From the NCBI GenBank assembly GCA_964016885.1, contig OZ024740.1, positions 359,724,001 to 359,788,000 of the forward strand: a stretch of 64,000 nt of DNA, given 5' to 3'. The notes below the pieces were generated by a model. It made no database searches, had not been told where the DNA came from, and saw nothing but the letters and a program-made list of their open reading frames with translations. Origin of the DNA: Eledone cirrhosa. Taxonomy: Eukaryota. A program made the position numbers and the translations under genes. The stretch's first letter is position 1. Each line of letters starts with the position of its first letter. Below, piece after piece: positions 1 through 13,100 of the stretch.

Positions 1-3000
1 TTCACAGCATGGGCCCGCTCGTCATCAAGGCATTTAGTCTTGGCTGCTGGAACGTACGGACGCTGCTTGACAGGGATTCCTTGGAGCGTCCTGAACGAAG
101 GACCGCTCGTGTTGCAAAGGAGCTTCGACGTTACGATCTTGACATCGTGGCTTTATTTGAGACGAGGTTAGCTGGAGATGGTCATCTTACAGAATTTTGT
201 GGAGAATATACATTCTTCTGGAAAGGAAGAGATGAAGGAACCAGAAGAGAGGCTGGGGTAGCATTTGCTGTTAAGACTGTTCTTGTGAATAAATTAGAAG
301 AATTCCCAGTAGGGATTAGTGAGCGTCTTATGTCGATGAGAATTCCGCTGGACAAAGGAAGATATGCGACCCTGGTGAGTGTGTATGCTCCAACTATGAA
401 TTCTGTCGATGAAGAAAAAGTGTCCTTTTAAGGTGTTTTAAGAAATATCCCTCAGGCAGACAAAGTCATCGTGCTTGGCGACTTTAATGCTAGAGTGGGT
501 AGGGATTTTAACACATGGAATGTAATCGGAAGGTATGGGGTGGGAAAGTGTAACAACAATGGTATGCTCCTGCTGCAGATGTGTGAGGAGCTGGATCCGT
601 GTGTTACCAACACCATGTTCCAACAAAAGAACAAATTTAAGACCACATGGATGCATCCTGCATCTAAGGAATGGCATCTTTTGGACTACGTCCTAGTCAG
701 GATGCGTGACAGACAGGATGTGCAGTGTGTTCGTGCTCTTCGTGGAGCTGAGTGATGGACTGACCACCGCCTGGTCCGCGCAAAAGTGAAACTAATCACT
801 AAACGTAAAATCCGGGCTCCTGGTGTTGCCCTGCCCAAAAGATTAAATGCTGCTCGTCTTAAGGATAAAAATGTGACGAGGACATTGCAAGAAGAGATGC
901 AGGTTGCAGATCTTGGTGAGGATTGGCTGACCCTTAAAAAGTCGGTTTATGATGTAGGCAGGCGTGTTCTGGGATTGGTGCAGAGAAAACATCAAGACTG
1001 GTTTAATGAGAATGATGAGCATATAGAAGACTTGTTGGCTGATAAGAGGCACACTCTGTCACGCTACTTGACAGCAAAACCACAGGAGAATATGTTGCAT
1101 AAGGAACTCAAGGATGTGAAATCACGTGTTAGGCGGAGTCTTTCTCAGATGAAGGATCATTGGTGGAGTGAGAAGGCTGATGAGATACAAACTGCGTCAG
1201 ATTCCAATAACACAAAGCTGTTGTAGTCTCTTGCGTGAAGTTTATGGACCGTCTTCTTCTCTGGTGACACCGCTTTGCAGCAAGGATGGCAAAGAACTTC
1301 TTCGTGACTCACAAGGAATTCTACGAAAGTGTCGAGAGCACTTTGATGATCTTTTGAATCAGCCGTCTGTTGTCAATGAAGATTTCCTCAATCTCATTCC
1401 AGAAAGTCCTGTGAAAGTAGCTCTCGCAGAACCTCCGACGCTTGTGGAGGTTGCAGTGGCTATTTCGAAGCTGAACAGTGGAAGATCCCCAGGTATGGAT
1501 GGCATACATGCTGAGCTCCTACAATATGGTGGTGAGAGACTCCTACATCTTCACTCTTTGTTTGGCAGGACATGGGCTAATGAATCCGTACCTGAGGACT
1601 GGAGAGATGCAGTAATGGTGGTCTTGTACAAGGGAAAGGGTAACAGGAACGATTGTGGGAACTACACAGGTATATCATTGCTTTCTGTCGTAGGGAAAGT
1701 TTTATGTAGGGTGCTTCTGGACCGTCTGCTGACACACATTGCAGATTGTGTTCTTCCTGAAAGTCAATCTGGTTTTTGTGCTGGACGCGGCACTACAGAT
1801 ATGATCTTCTCAGCTAGACAGCTCCAGGAGAAGTGCATGGAACAAGGCTTGGATCTGTATCAGGTTTTTGTTGATCTGACAAAAGCTTTCGATACTGTTA
1901 ACAGAGTTGCATTATGGAAGGTTCTCCAGAAACTTGGTTGCCCTGATAGGTTCCTTGCTTTAGTTAGGTCTTTCCATGACGACATGAAGGCTTGGGTTAA
2001 TGTCGGAGCCTATCTCAGTAAAAAATGGAGTGAAACGGGGATATTCCAGCACCGACCCTGTTTGCCATATACTTTGCAATAGTTTTCTGTATTGCATTCA
2101 GGAATTGCGAGCATTGTGTTTACATCCGATATTGAACCTCAGGCAGCATATTTAACATCAGGCGCTTTGCTGCAAAAACAAAAGTATTTACATCAATCAT
2201 AAGAGACCTCTTGTATGCAGATGATTGCGATCTTGTAGCGCACACAGAAAGTGATATGCAGCACATTTTGAATGCATTTTCTGACGCTTGCACTGCCCTA
2301 GAATTGACTGTCTGTCTCAAGAAAACCGCCGTCATGTACCAACCTGCCCCTGGTAAGCAGTACACTGAACCAAATATCTATGTGTATGGTAAACGACTTG
2401 GAGTGGTTGATCAGTTTGTCTACCTGGGAAGCACTGTCAATCGATACAGCAACCTTGATAGTGAAATCTCACTTAGGATTAGGAAAGCAAGTGATGCTTT
2501 CGGAAAGCTAGAAAGGCGACTCTGGGGTCGGCGAGACATATGCAGGAGGACAAAGGTAAAAGTGTACAAGGCATGTGTGCTCTCGTCTTCTTTATGCCTG
2601 CAAGACCTGGGTCACATATCGACACCACCTTAAGCAATTGGAGCGTTTCCATCAGATGTGTCTCAGACGGATCCATGGCGTTCACTGGAGGGACCACATC
2701 AGTGATGTTGAGATTTTGGAAAGCTCTATGTGTGACAGTATAGAAGCTCTTGTGCTTAAGCAACGACTCCGTTGGAGTGGTCACCTTGCCAGGATGAAGG
2801 ATTCTAGAATACCAAAACAACTCTTTTATGGAGAGTGAGTTAAAGGAAAACGACCGCCACATAAACCAAACAAGAGGTATAAGGATTCCTTGAAAGCCTC
2901 TTTGAAAGACGCTAACATCTCTGCTGATACATGGGAAAATGTTGCTGCTGATCGTAATAAATGGAGAAAGACTGTATATGAGGGAAAAGTTGCCTTTGAG

Positions 3001-3389
3001 GCATCTCGAATCGCATACGAGAAAGTAAAGTGGGATGTGAGGAAGGGCATTGCTGTTGCACTTCCAGACGGCGAGGGTCCTCCTATGGTGCTGACATGCG
3101 TCTGTGCGAGACTCTGCCTAAGCAAAGCTGGACTCCAAAGTCATCTTCGCAGTCATAAAGTAAGACCAGTGGTTGACTACCAGGCTGTTGTTGGAGATGC
3201 TACTCGTGCTTGCCAAGCATGTGGTAGAGAATGTAAATCAGCAGCAGGGTTCAAGCGACATGCAAAAAAGTACATGAACTCCAACCACAGCCAGCTATTC
3301 CCAGTGAATGTTTTGGTTGCCGACTCTGTGCAAGACATTTTAGATCATTGGCTGGGCTAAAAAGCCACATTCGATCGCAGCGCTGTTAG
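1..3389 (+). mobile_element. Near full-length RTE/BovB-like LINE ORF2 (APE endonuclease + RT + three C-terminal C2H2 fingers), disrupted by stops and frameshifts
   Basis: ORFs show CWNVRTL, ETR, VYAPT, GDFNA, LDY (APE); SPGMDGI, PESQSGF, FVDLTKAFDTV, YADD, FVYLGS, LRWSGH (RT); CxxC...HxxxH repeats; followed by a (TG)n tail. Confidence 0.92.
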
Positions 3390-3620
3390 TTGCTATCATG
3401 TGTGTGTGTGTGTGTGTATAGATATGTTTATGTGTGTGCGTGTGTGTATATGTATGTGTATATTATTATTGTTGTTGTTGTCATTATTATTCTTGTTATT
3501 ATTAATAATTATTTCTACTTTTAGCACAAGGCCAGCAATTACCCAGTAAAGTACCAGTAATATACTGAGTAATTGCTGGCCTTGTGCTAAAAGTAGAAAT
3601 AATAATTATTATTGTTATTA

Positions 3621-3674
<54 letters not shown>

Positions 3675-3745
3675 TTTTTTTTTATCGTGCAATGGCCATA
3701 CTCGATAACGAGGGGGCAGCCATCATATGTGTATATATATATATA

Positions 3746-4288
3746 TGGTGGCTGCCAACTCGTTTTCGAGTACGGCCACTACTTTATATCCATGTAGGAG
3801 AACCCCTACCGATGCGCTGAACGAGTGTGACTTTTTAGTCCAGCCAGCGACTTGAAAACTCTGGTACAAACACTACACTTGTGACAATTATTGACACATA
3901 GTGCTGGACCCATGGTACCATGTGACGACAAGTGCAGAGAGATCTCCAGATATAAAGCAATGCCTGTGCCGTGAAGCTTTTATAGTGAGCAAAGGCACTA
4001 CACAAAGCCAGTCCCACTCTCTTAACCAAGATGATATTTACCTGTCTCATGGTCGGGTCGTTGGCGACTAAACTGACAACCCCACCAAGGTTTCTTGGTG
4101 AGGAGGGTGACTTTGGACATCCTGCAGGACTAAAAACAAAACCTGTCAAAGGGCAAAGGAGCTCTTAAGAGTCAATGGCCATCCAAAATCACCGGGAGAG
4201 ATGACCCCTTAGCCTTTGTCAAGGCAGAATTCTAGGAGAAGGAAAACTCTGATATAACACCTGCAACCCTGATGGTATCCAATGATGT

Positions 4289-4290
<2 letters not shown>
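3746..4290 (+). mobile_element. Non-coding RTE-associated/SINE-like repeat inserted in a (TA)n tract
   Basis: GC-richer block bounded by (TA)n on both sides; contains aggagaaggaaaactctga (recalled as RTE-UTR-like) and ends in a gatgttgat tail. Confidence 0.5.
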
Positions 4291-4327
<37 letters not shown>

Positions 4328-4341
4328 CATACATACATACA

Positions 4342-4760
4342 TGTGGAAAATCCTGGAGGGACTAGGACCAAACTTTGGCATTGGGAGCTGGACCAACCGT
4401 CGAACAGGACGTCACTGTGTGGTGCCAAAGGTCCCGTCTTCCACATCTAGAATAAGGACCAGATATTGCAGTAGCCTGAGGTTCAAGGGTCCTCAACTCT
4501 TCAACAAGCTGCTGAGGGATCTGAGAGATCTGCATGGTGTGGAGGTGGATGTCTTCAAGAAACATCTCGGCACCTTGCTATTATCCAGGATCCCGGATGA
4601 GCCCACAGCAAGGCACGAGGGAAACCTAAGGGCAGCAGCAACAAACTCCCTCTTACACCAGTGGCCAACCAATACAGGCTGGAGATAAAATGTGTAGCAA
4701 AAGGGTGGTGCCCCAGCATGGCCTCAGCCGGATGGCTGGAACAGGTAAAAGGGTAAAAGA
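4342..4760 (+). mobile_element. CR1-like LINE 3' fragment
   Basis: WKILEGL..NFGI...KGPQLFNKL..DLRDL.GV.VDVFKKHL...LSRIPDEP, typical of a CR1 ORF2 C-terminus; short ggtaaaa tail repeats. Confidence 0.8.
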
Positions 4761-4959
4761 GTATATACTCTATAAATAAATAAATATATAAAAATAGTAT
4801 ATGATACCAAAAATATACTGAAAATCAAAAACAACAACAACAACAATAACAACAAAAGTTTAATTTATTGAAAGTTGGTTTCGAAAAACAAAAAACAAAA
4901 CAAAACCAATATTGAATAGCATGACTTTTTTTTAAAACAATTTAGGTATAGAATATATC

Positions 4960-5622
4960 ATCATCTATATATGTATATAATACATTTATACATAATATAT
5001 ACATACATATACACACAAATATATATACATACACATATATATACATACAAATATATACATATATATATATATATATACATACATATAAATACATATATAT
5101 ATATATACATACATATAAATATATATATATATATACATGCATATAAATATAAAGACATATATATATATATCATCATCATCATTCATGTCCATTAAATGAT
5201 TATGATGATAATTATATATATATATATGATTGTGTGTGTTTATTTGCATGTGATATGAAGAACATGTTCCTTGCATTGACGTGTCTGAGAAACAGTCTGT
5301 AAAGCTCCATGTTGTCTATCTGAAGTCAAATTGTCAATGAAAGAGAGACAGAGTCAGGCTATGGCAGAATTCTATGGGCATATGCATCTTTACACATACA
5401 CACAACCATATATATATATAATATAATATACACATATATATACATATACACACACATATACATCTTTATTTAACATCCACTTTCCTGCTAGTAAATACAT
5501 ACACACACACACATATATATATATATAACTCTTATTGAGTCCTTTCTGGATTTTGTATTTTGTAATTATTACTACTACATATATATATACACACACACAT
5601 AAATGTACAAATATATACATAC

Positions 5623-5657
<35 letters not shown>

Positions 5658-6309
5658 TACTCACACATGAAGGTGTGAGCTAAGCAACGGAAGTATATAA
5701 TAAAGTTACATCTGTATATATACAGTAAAGAAGTAACCACAACTGCATAAATGTTATATATGGAAACATGTAAACAAGCTAATTATACATATTTCCCTGG
5801 GTTTGAAAACAAGTTAAAGGTGTTTATTATTACAGGCAAATATGTTTATATGGCATGATTACATGCCATATATAAATATTTACACAATCTAGATTACATC
5901 TACTCTGAATATATATACAAATATAAATTTATCATATATATATATTGATGTGTGTGCATGTGCATATAGGTATAAAATGTGTATATATATATATATATAT
6001 ATATACATACAAATAGTGAAAACAATGAAATTAAACAAAAAACGGTTAAACAAAATAATGAGTTTTACTATGAATTAACCGTTTTTTGTTTAATTTCATT
6101 GTTTTCACTATTTGTATTTTTGGCTCTGTATCCAATGAATTACATCGTTGAAATTTTGTATTTTAAACTTTGCTTCACGACATCTACATACGGATTACAT
6201 TGAGTTCTTCATACGGCTTAGACCCTACCATTAATTGGTGGATTTATCTGTGTGTATATATATATATATAGATGTGTGTATATGTGTTTATATATATGTG
6301 TGTGTGTGT

Positions 6310-6358
<49 letters not shown>
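4960..6358. repeat. Compound (TA)n/(CA)n/(TACA)n microsatellite-rich zone downstream of the kinesin stop
   Basis: Directly visible; source of the spurious YIYI ORFs. Confidence 0.9.
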
Positions 6359-6361
<3 letters not shown>

Positions 6362-7054
6362 CAGTTTACAAAGCAGTAGTCATACAGCTGATAAAAGTTA
6401 AATGGGCATTATGCAGAAGTCCATTCATGCACACATACATACAACCACATGTGCTCACACACAAATAGTTATATTTTTCAGCAGCATTGTAGCAGGCCAT
6501 AAATATGTGAAGGAATGCAGCACTCAATCTAGAATACAGATGGGCAGCAGAGGAGTCTCTAAATCATAATTAAGTATATAATATGTACAAGCTACACTTG
6601 GAACTGTGCAGCAGCCACTTTGTCTGCTGCTGCTGTATGCAAGCTATATTCAAAGGAGAAATGTTTTCAATGGAATCTAACACACCAATGCTAGGAGCAA
6701 TAAATAGAATGGATGGAGGGCACAGTGGGTTAAGAAAGCAAGCCAGTAGAATTAAACAGGAAGTTGTAACCAATCATTAAGTTGTTGGAGTTGGTATGGG
6801 GTTGTATGGAAAAGGGCATTAGACAATCTTACTCTTCTTGCTTTAGTTTTTATTCCTTGGAATTCGGGTGAAAAGATAAAAATAAAATAAATAAATATTT
6901 CAATAAATAATAAAAAAAAAAAAAAAAAATACTGTGGGTTACATTGCAGTATCAATGCGAAAGGTAACAGCAGTCAATAGTCTGTATTATAAGGGCAGCA
7001 ACCAGCAGGCTAAGATGGCACTGGAATGCAGGCAAATGCAGGTAATGTGGGAAT

Positions 7055-7139
7055 CTACTTGGGGACAAGACCTCTAGATGTAGGGTATAGTTGAGATCCT
7101 TTTTTATTATTATTATTAGTTCCTCCAGCAGTCTTTGGT
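7055..7139 (-). CDS. KIF3B: KIF3B-like last coding exon: [28 protein letters not shown]
   Basis: Long T tract plus gtttcag acceptor; TAG at 7057-7055; C-terminus resembles vertebrate KIF3B QLYPQSRGLVPK. Confidence 0.93.
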
Positions 7140-10100
7140 CTGAAACAAAAAAAAAAAAAATTATACTATACATGCAGGAGAGAAGATTGTGTTGGTATGG
7201 ACATGTGATACATATGAAGGATGACAGCGGTACAAAAAAAGTGCAGAGGACTGAAAGTTGGTGGAAGCCATGGAATGGTAAGACCCAGGAAGACTTGGGA
7301 TGAGGTGATAAAAGCTGACTTTGCCCAACTGCAACTCTCAAAGGCAATGACACAGGAATAAGATCTCTGGCATTATGTAGTAATACAGAAGACCCACCTT
7401 CCCATGAGCACAGGCAGAAGTATATATATATATACAGGGTGCGGACGATATTTGTTCGCAAGATTACTGTCTAGGAAAAAATAACACAGTAGTTTTATTT
7501 ATCAAACTTGGGTCAGTTTGTCTTCATGACTTGTTCTTTCGATCTCACTCGATAAACCCGCCATTGGCTTTGATGACGGCCTCGGAACCGGCTACAGGCT
7601 TTCGTCACTGTCCCCTGACTTAGGCCCCTAAAGGCACTTGTGATCCTGACCTTCAGATCGTCTTTCGTATTGCAGCTAGATCTGTTGGTGTCTTGTTCCA
7701 CTGCGCCCCACACAAAGAAGTCGAGGGGGTTGCAGTCAGGCGAGCTGGGAGGCCAGATGTCAGGTGAAGTGTGGTCGACGAAGTTCTCTGACAGCCAGGC
7801 TTGGGTCTTTCGGCTGCTATGGTAGGGCACTGAGTCTTGCTGCCACACGTACGGCCTACCTGCAGCTACCTGGTTGATCCAGGGCTTTACTACCACGCTC
7901 AGAACACGGATGTAGCCATCGGTGTTCAGCTTGAGGCCCTCAGGGAAGAAGTGAGGTGGCATGACGTCACCTTGACTGCTGACGACACCTAAGACCAATG
8001 TTGTTGTTGGAAACTTTGTCTGCATGACTCTGGGCACGTCTTTGGATGAGACAGCGAGCCACCTATTGTTCTGGGAGTTGATCTTCTGGTCTTAATTGTC
8101 CTCCCGGCGCGGATTCCAAGAAGAACTCCGTGTCTCTTCCACAAATTTGGAGGTTCAAAATTATTCATAATCAAATATTCTTAAAATAAATAATGGAAAT
8201 ATAGTCACTGTTTTTATGAAGACAAGAGTGACAACGGAAGTAAAAAAAATTTGCATAAAATTAGCAGTTGAAAATTACGAACAGATATCGTCCGCACCCT
8301 GTATATATATATCACCTTCACCATCCCACTCTTCCATACACCTCCCATGAGCACGGGCTAAAGCATGCATCTAGTGTGCTCCACCCCCTTCCACTTACTT
8401 CCAACGTCCTAACACTCCATCCCTCACACATGTCCAAATATCCACCTCCCCAATCCCCACACAAGTCTCCCACCAAATTCCCCAACTCCCACTGTAAAGT
8501 GGTCATGATGACGACACAACAAAAAGTGCCCAGCCCACACTGTAAAGTGGTCATGATGGTGACAACAAAAACTCCCAGCCCACACAGTAAAGTGGTCGTG
8601 TAAGTGTCACCAGAAAAAGCACCAAGCCCTCACTGCAAAGTGGTCATGTAGGTGTCACAACAAAAAGCACCCAGTACTCACTGTAAATGTGGTTGGCATT
8701 AGGAAGGGCATCCAGCTGTAGAAACCAAGCCAAAATCAGTTGTGTATGAGCAAGAGATGGTCACTTGACCCAGTATTTCTCACAATAGAACAACCTGTCT
8801 AACTCTTGTTAGTGTGGAAAATGGACGTTAAATGATGATGATATATATATATATATGATGTTTTTATTAAGACGTAATTCAAAGAACAGTGCAACAGTAA
8901 TAACAATAACCAAATGAAAATAGAAAAAGAATAAGAAATTTTGAAAATTAGTTGAAGATAATGGAGAGGGAGAAAACATGTTCACTACCCAAGAAATGTA
9001 ATGGTAGAAGCATGTATAGTAGAGAGAGAGAGAGAGAGAAATGGAACAACAAACACATGATTTAGTTGAAGTCAAAGCATATCAGAACTAAAGTTTAAAA
9101 TATCAAAACAATTCTTTTTCATTTTTGTTGTTAATTTTTTAGATTTGCATTCAATATTGATAAACCAACTAGCTAGATGAAATTACTTCATGACACTTTA
9201 AATTTAAAATAAAAAGAGAAAGATTTCATATTTACAGCTCAAAAAAACAAACAAAAAAAAACAAAAAAACTGTTTTATATAAGCAAATAACACACAAGGG
9301 TTTAATAACTATTCTATACAGAATGTCATAAACTAAGATTATCCACACAATGTTAGTATAATGATTTAATACTGGAAATGTTTATACAATAAAATCATGA
9401 TTAGGATGAGGCAAAAAGTATCAAATATACAGGAAATAATTTGTAGAAAATAAAATGCTCATAATGCAAACATGATAAAGACAGCTTATATATCAAAACA
9501 TTTATATAGTTTAACTCTTTCATGACATGCGTAGCCAGGTTGGAAGTGGTATCATGATTGGTGGGTGTAAAATCAGTCGGATGGAATTTGTAGTCAACAT
9601 GGTGTTACTTAACTCAACAGAAGGTGATCTCCGACTTGCACTCAATAGGTTATATGCCAAGTGCTGCATGGCTGGAATGAAAATTGGGGCTATGAAAACT
9701 GAGACACTTGTCCTCTCAAGGAAGCCTGCGGAGTGCACTCTACACGTGAAGAGAGTTCCACTGAAGCAGGTGAAGTTCAAGTATCTCGAGGACATGTTCA
9801 TGAGTGATGGAAGGCAGAAAGTTGAATTAAGTGCAAGAACTGCAGGAGCTGGTGCAGTAATGCACCAGCTTTAGCATTTGGTAATTGGAAGGGAGGTAGG
9901 TGTAAAAGCCAAACTCACTATCTTCAATTCGGTATTTGTACCAACCTTTACCTATGGTCATGAATCTTGGGTAATGACCAAAGGAATACGATCATGAGTA
10001 CAAGTGGCCGAAATGGGGTTCCTCTGAAGGGTCTTTGGAGTAACATTACTCGATAGAGTGCATAGCTCAGAGATCAGAGAATCACACCAAGTTGAGCCGC

Positions 10101-13100
10101 TACTTCTCCGAATTGAGAGATCACAGCCCCGATACTATGGGCATGTGGTTAGAATGTCTCAGGAAAGAATTACTGAACAGATTTTATAGGCAAAACCAAC
10201 CAGTAGGAGATCCAGGGGTAGACCCCAAGCAAGATGGTTGGATAACATCCATGAACTTGGCTGATCCCACTTGGGTATCCAGCCAAATCAATTGGAGACG
10301 GTTGCTTCTGACAGGACCCGCTGGAAGGAGTGTTTGAAGACTGCCCCCACAACCCTCTCAGGAATAAGTGGACAAAGAAGAAGAGAACTCTTTCTTTACC
10401 ACATTTCTAATGAAAGTCATTGACTATGATATTCAATCAATTTTGAAAATAATCAAGAATTTGGAGAAATTTAGTAATATATTTGACTTTCTTGTTATTA
10501 AGTTAGTGTTTGGAATATAATAAAGATTCTGACATAAAATTATGATGGAAGATTTTTAGATACATATAAACACATTAAAATTAACAGTTTTGTATTGTAG
10601 AATTGTGGGCAGTTTATTAGAGAATAGGTTAACTCTTTTGATACCAAACCACCTGAAACTGGCTCTGGAGCTATGATGTAAAGAGTTTATATTTATCATC
10701 ATAAGTTTATGTAAAAACTTTTCTTGAGTTATGTTCCAAATAGCAAATAAATAATAGGAAAGTTAGTTATATTATTAAATCTCTCCAGATTATTTAGTGA
10801 ATTATTTGAAAATAATAGGCAATGTTTTTCATTAGAAATATGGTGATGAAAGGGTTAACTAGTAAGTCATACAATCTGTAAAGAGTTGCACCCCAAGAGC
10901 AATTTACTATAAATGTAAATAACAAGCAATACATATTAATTTTTTATATAGACACAGCAAACCTAAAAGGACACACTGCAATATTGGAGTTTTCCAATGA
11001 CAGAACACAGTTCAGTTACCTTCAAGTGTGTCCTGAAGACGTGAATCACATGATAAACATGAAAATCACAAGAAAAGCCAACAAGACCAATGTCATCAAG
11101 AATTTGGGGGAACTGCAACACAAGCATGTCAAAGTTTATGTCATGATTTACTTCAGTGAAAGATGCCTGCATAATGAATTATTGCTACTGAACAGCAGGG
11201 AAACAATGGACAAATATAGATTTGTAATTCATTAATCCATACAGTATTTTACACACACAGATTAACATCATCATTTGACACTCAAGTCCTATTGTGCATA
11301 GCCTGGCCTCTTTTTCAACTGTACCTTAACTAATACTGTAGATATGCGATTACAGGTTTTCTGTTAAAATTTCATACACTTAGCAACAGACCTTTTCTTC
11401 ATAGGCAGGCATAAAAAGAGACAATGTTGAAGTTGTCATCTTTTGCAATTGGTTGTTTGGTATCAGCATGATTATAGAACAAAAGGATAGCAGTCAGGGT
11501 CCACATATGTTCATCTACTACACTACTACAGCATTAATAACAGTGAGGATTCTAGCCTTCTATCTCAATTCTATTGTTTGCATTCATCTTAACAATAAAG
11601 TCTCCTGTATTCCCTAATGATAAAAAAGTTACCTCAAGATATATTTGTCACCTTGTTGATAATCCAGTTACAAATATCATACAAATATATTTGAGTCCAG
11701 GATTCACCACATCATCTCCAAGTCTTAGCAATAAGACTCTTTGATTGGCAGGATTGAAAATACCTTTTTCATTTTTCACAAGGTGGTATTAAATTAAACT
11801 ACAGATAGGGAATATTATCCAAATCCAGGCCAACACACTATTATCCCTATGACCACTACTGGAATCATCATTGGTACCATGTTGTGTCTATGATCAAGAT
11901 AAAACACAACTCCCAAAATGAGACTGTTGGCAATTTTCCCTGCTAAAGCCAAGGTTAATATTGCAGGGCCCCATGACTAGCTTCTTCATTTTGCTCCATC
12001 ATCTGCACTCAGCCACACCAACCTCCTGGTCATCATTTTCTCCTCCATCATCTCCAGCTATGTCTTTTTTTGGTCTTCCTATTCCTCCACTTCCTTCCAG
12101 ATTCATTTCCACCATTCTTCTTATCCAGTCACTATCATACTTCCTCAATACATGACCCAACCATCTCATTCCATTTCTCTTCACAATATTTATTACTAGC
12201 TCTAATCCTCTCACCCGGTCACTTTCATCTTTCATCAACACATTACCCAACCATCTCATTCCATTTCTCTAAAGAGTTAAAATCTCACTACATCTATATT
12301 ATCTGTGCTATCCATTTCATCTTCCATAGTTAACATTATCTTTATTAAGCCAATTTCAATAAAGATAAGAAATAATGAAATTCTTTTCTATCCATAAAAT
12401 ATCTAAATATATCCTTTTATTTCCCCAAGTCATATGTAAATCCCACACTATAATCACTGCTATTAATATGTTATTCTTTAAAATAAAGTATCACGTAAAA
12501 CTACCTATATGTTCACTATTTTCCCTCCAGTAGTTTTTTAATAATCAATCTCTTCCACATGAATGGTACACAGCATGACACCTGACTATAGTTTATAATA
12601 GCAGGAATAACTTATGCTCAGCAGGTGACATAATGCAAGCATAAGAATAGTTTTCCTATGTTTAGAAGACTGAAAGAGCTGTAAGGTTCTTAGGAGTCTG
12701 ATAAGAAAAAATGATTTTATCTGTAATACAAACTTAAAGAAAAACAAAACAAAAAACAACAACCACCGATCAGATGACATTGAAGGTCATTAATGGTGAC
12801 TTGTGACACTAGGTTCATAGCAAAAGGGGTAGAAAAAGAAAAATCTGAAACTTGAAACACTTTCATAAAGAGGTCAAGTGACAAAGAGTCATGAGTTCAT
12901 ATCCTACAATGATGGGAAGCTGATGATTCAGATAATGCTAAGTTCCTTGTTCTTGTTAATCTATCCCCTCCATCTTTCTTCATTGTTCTATTCCACATTT
13001 TTCTCCTCTCCTCCTCTCTCTCACACTCTCCGTTCACTATGCAAATAGTATTCAGCTGTTAATGGCTACCTTTCGTGCTGAGAAAACCCAAATTTTACGA

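Noticed and set aside
4942-6468. Multiple YIYI/VCVC-rich ORFs
   Set aside because: They are translations of (TA)n/(CA)n microsatellites.
6833-6860. Exon-like segment on the minus strand (IKTKARR followed by gtaaga)
   Set aside because: It lies downstream of the authentic stop at 7055 and gives an immediate stop in the required phase; probably 3' UTR.
11378-11400. Possible micro-exon in the last kinesin intron
   Set aside because: Candidate lengths of 17 or 19 nt break the frame and the splice signals are weak.
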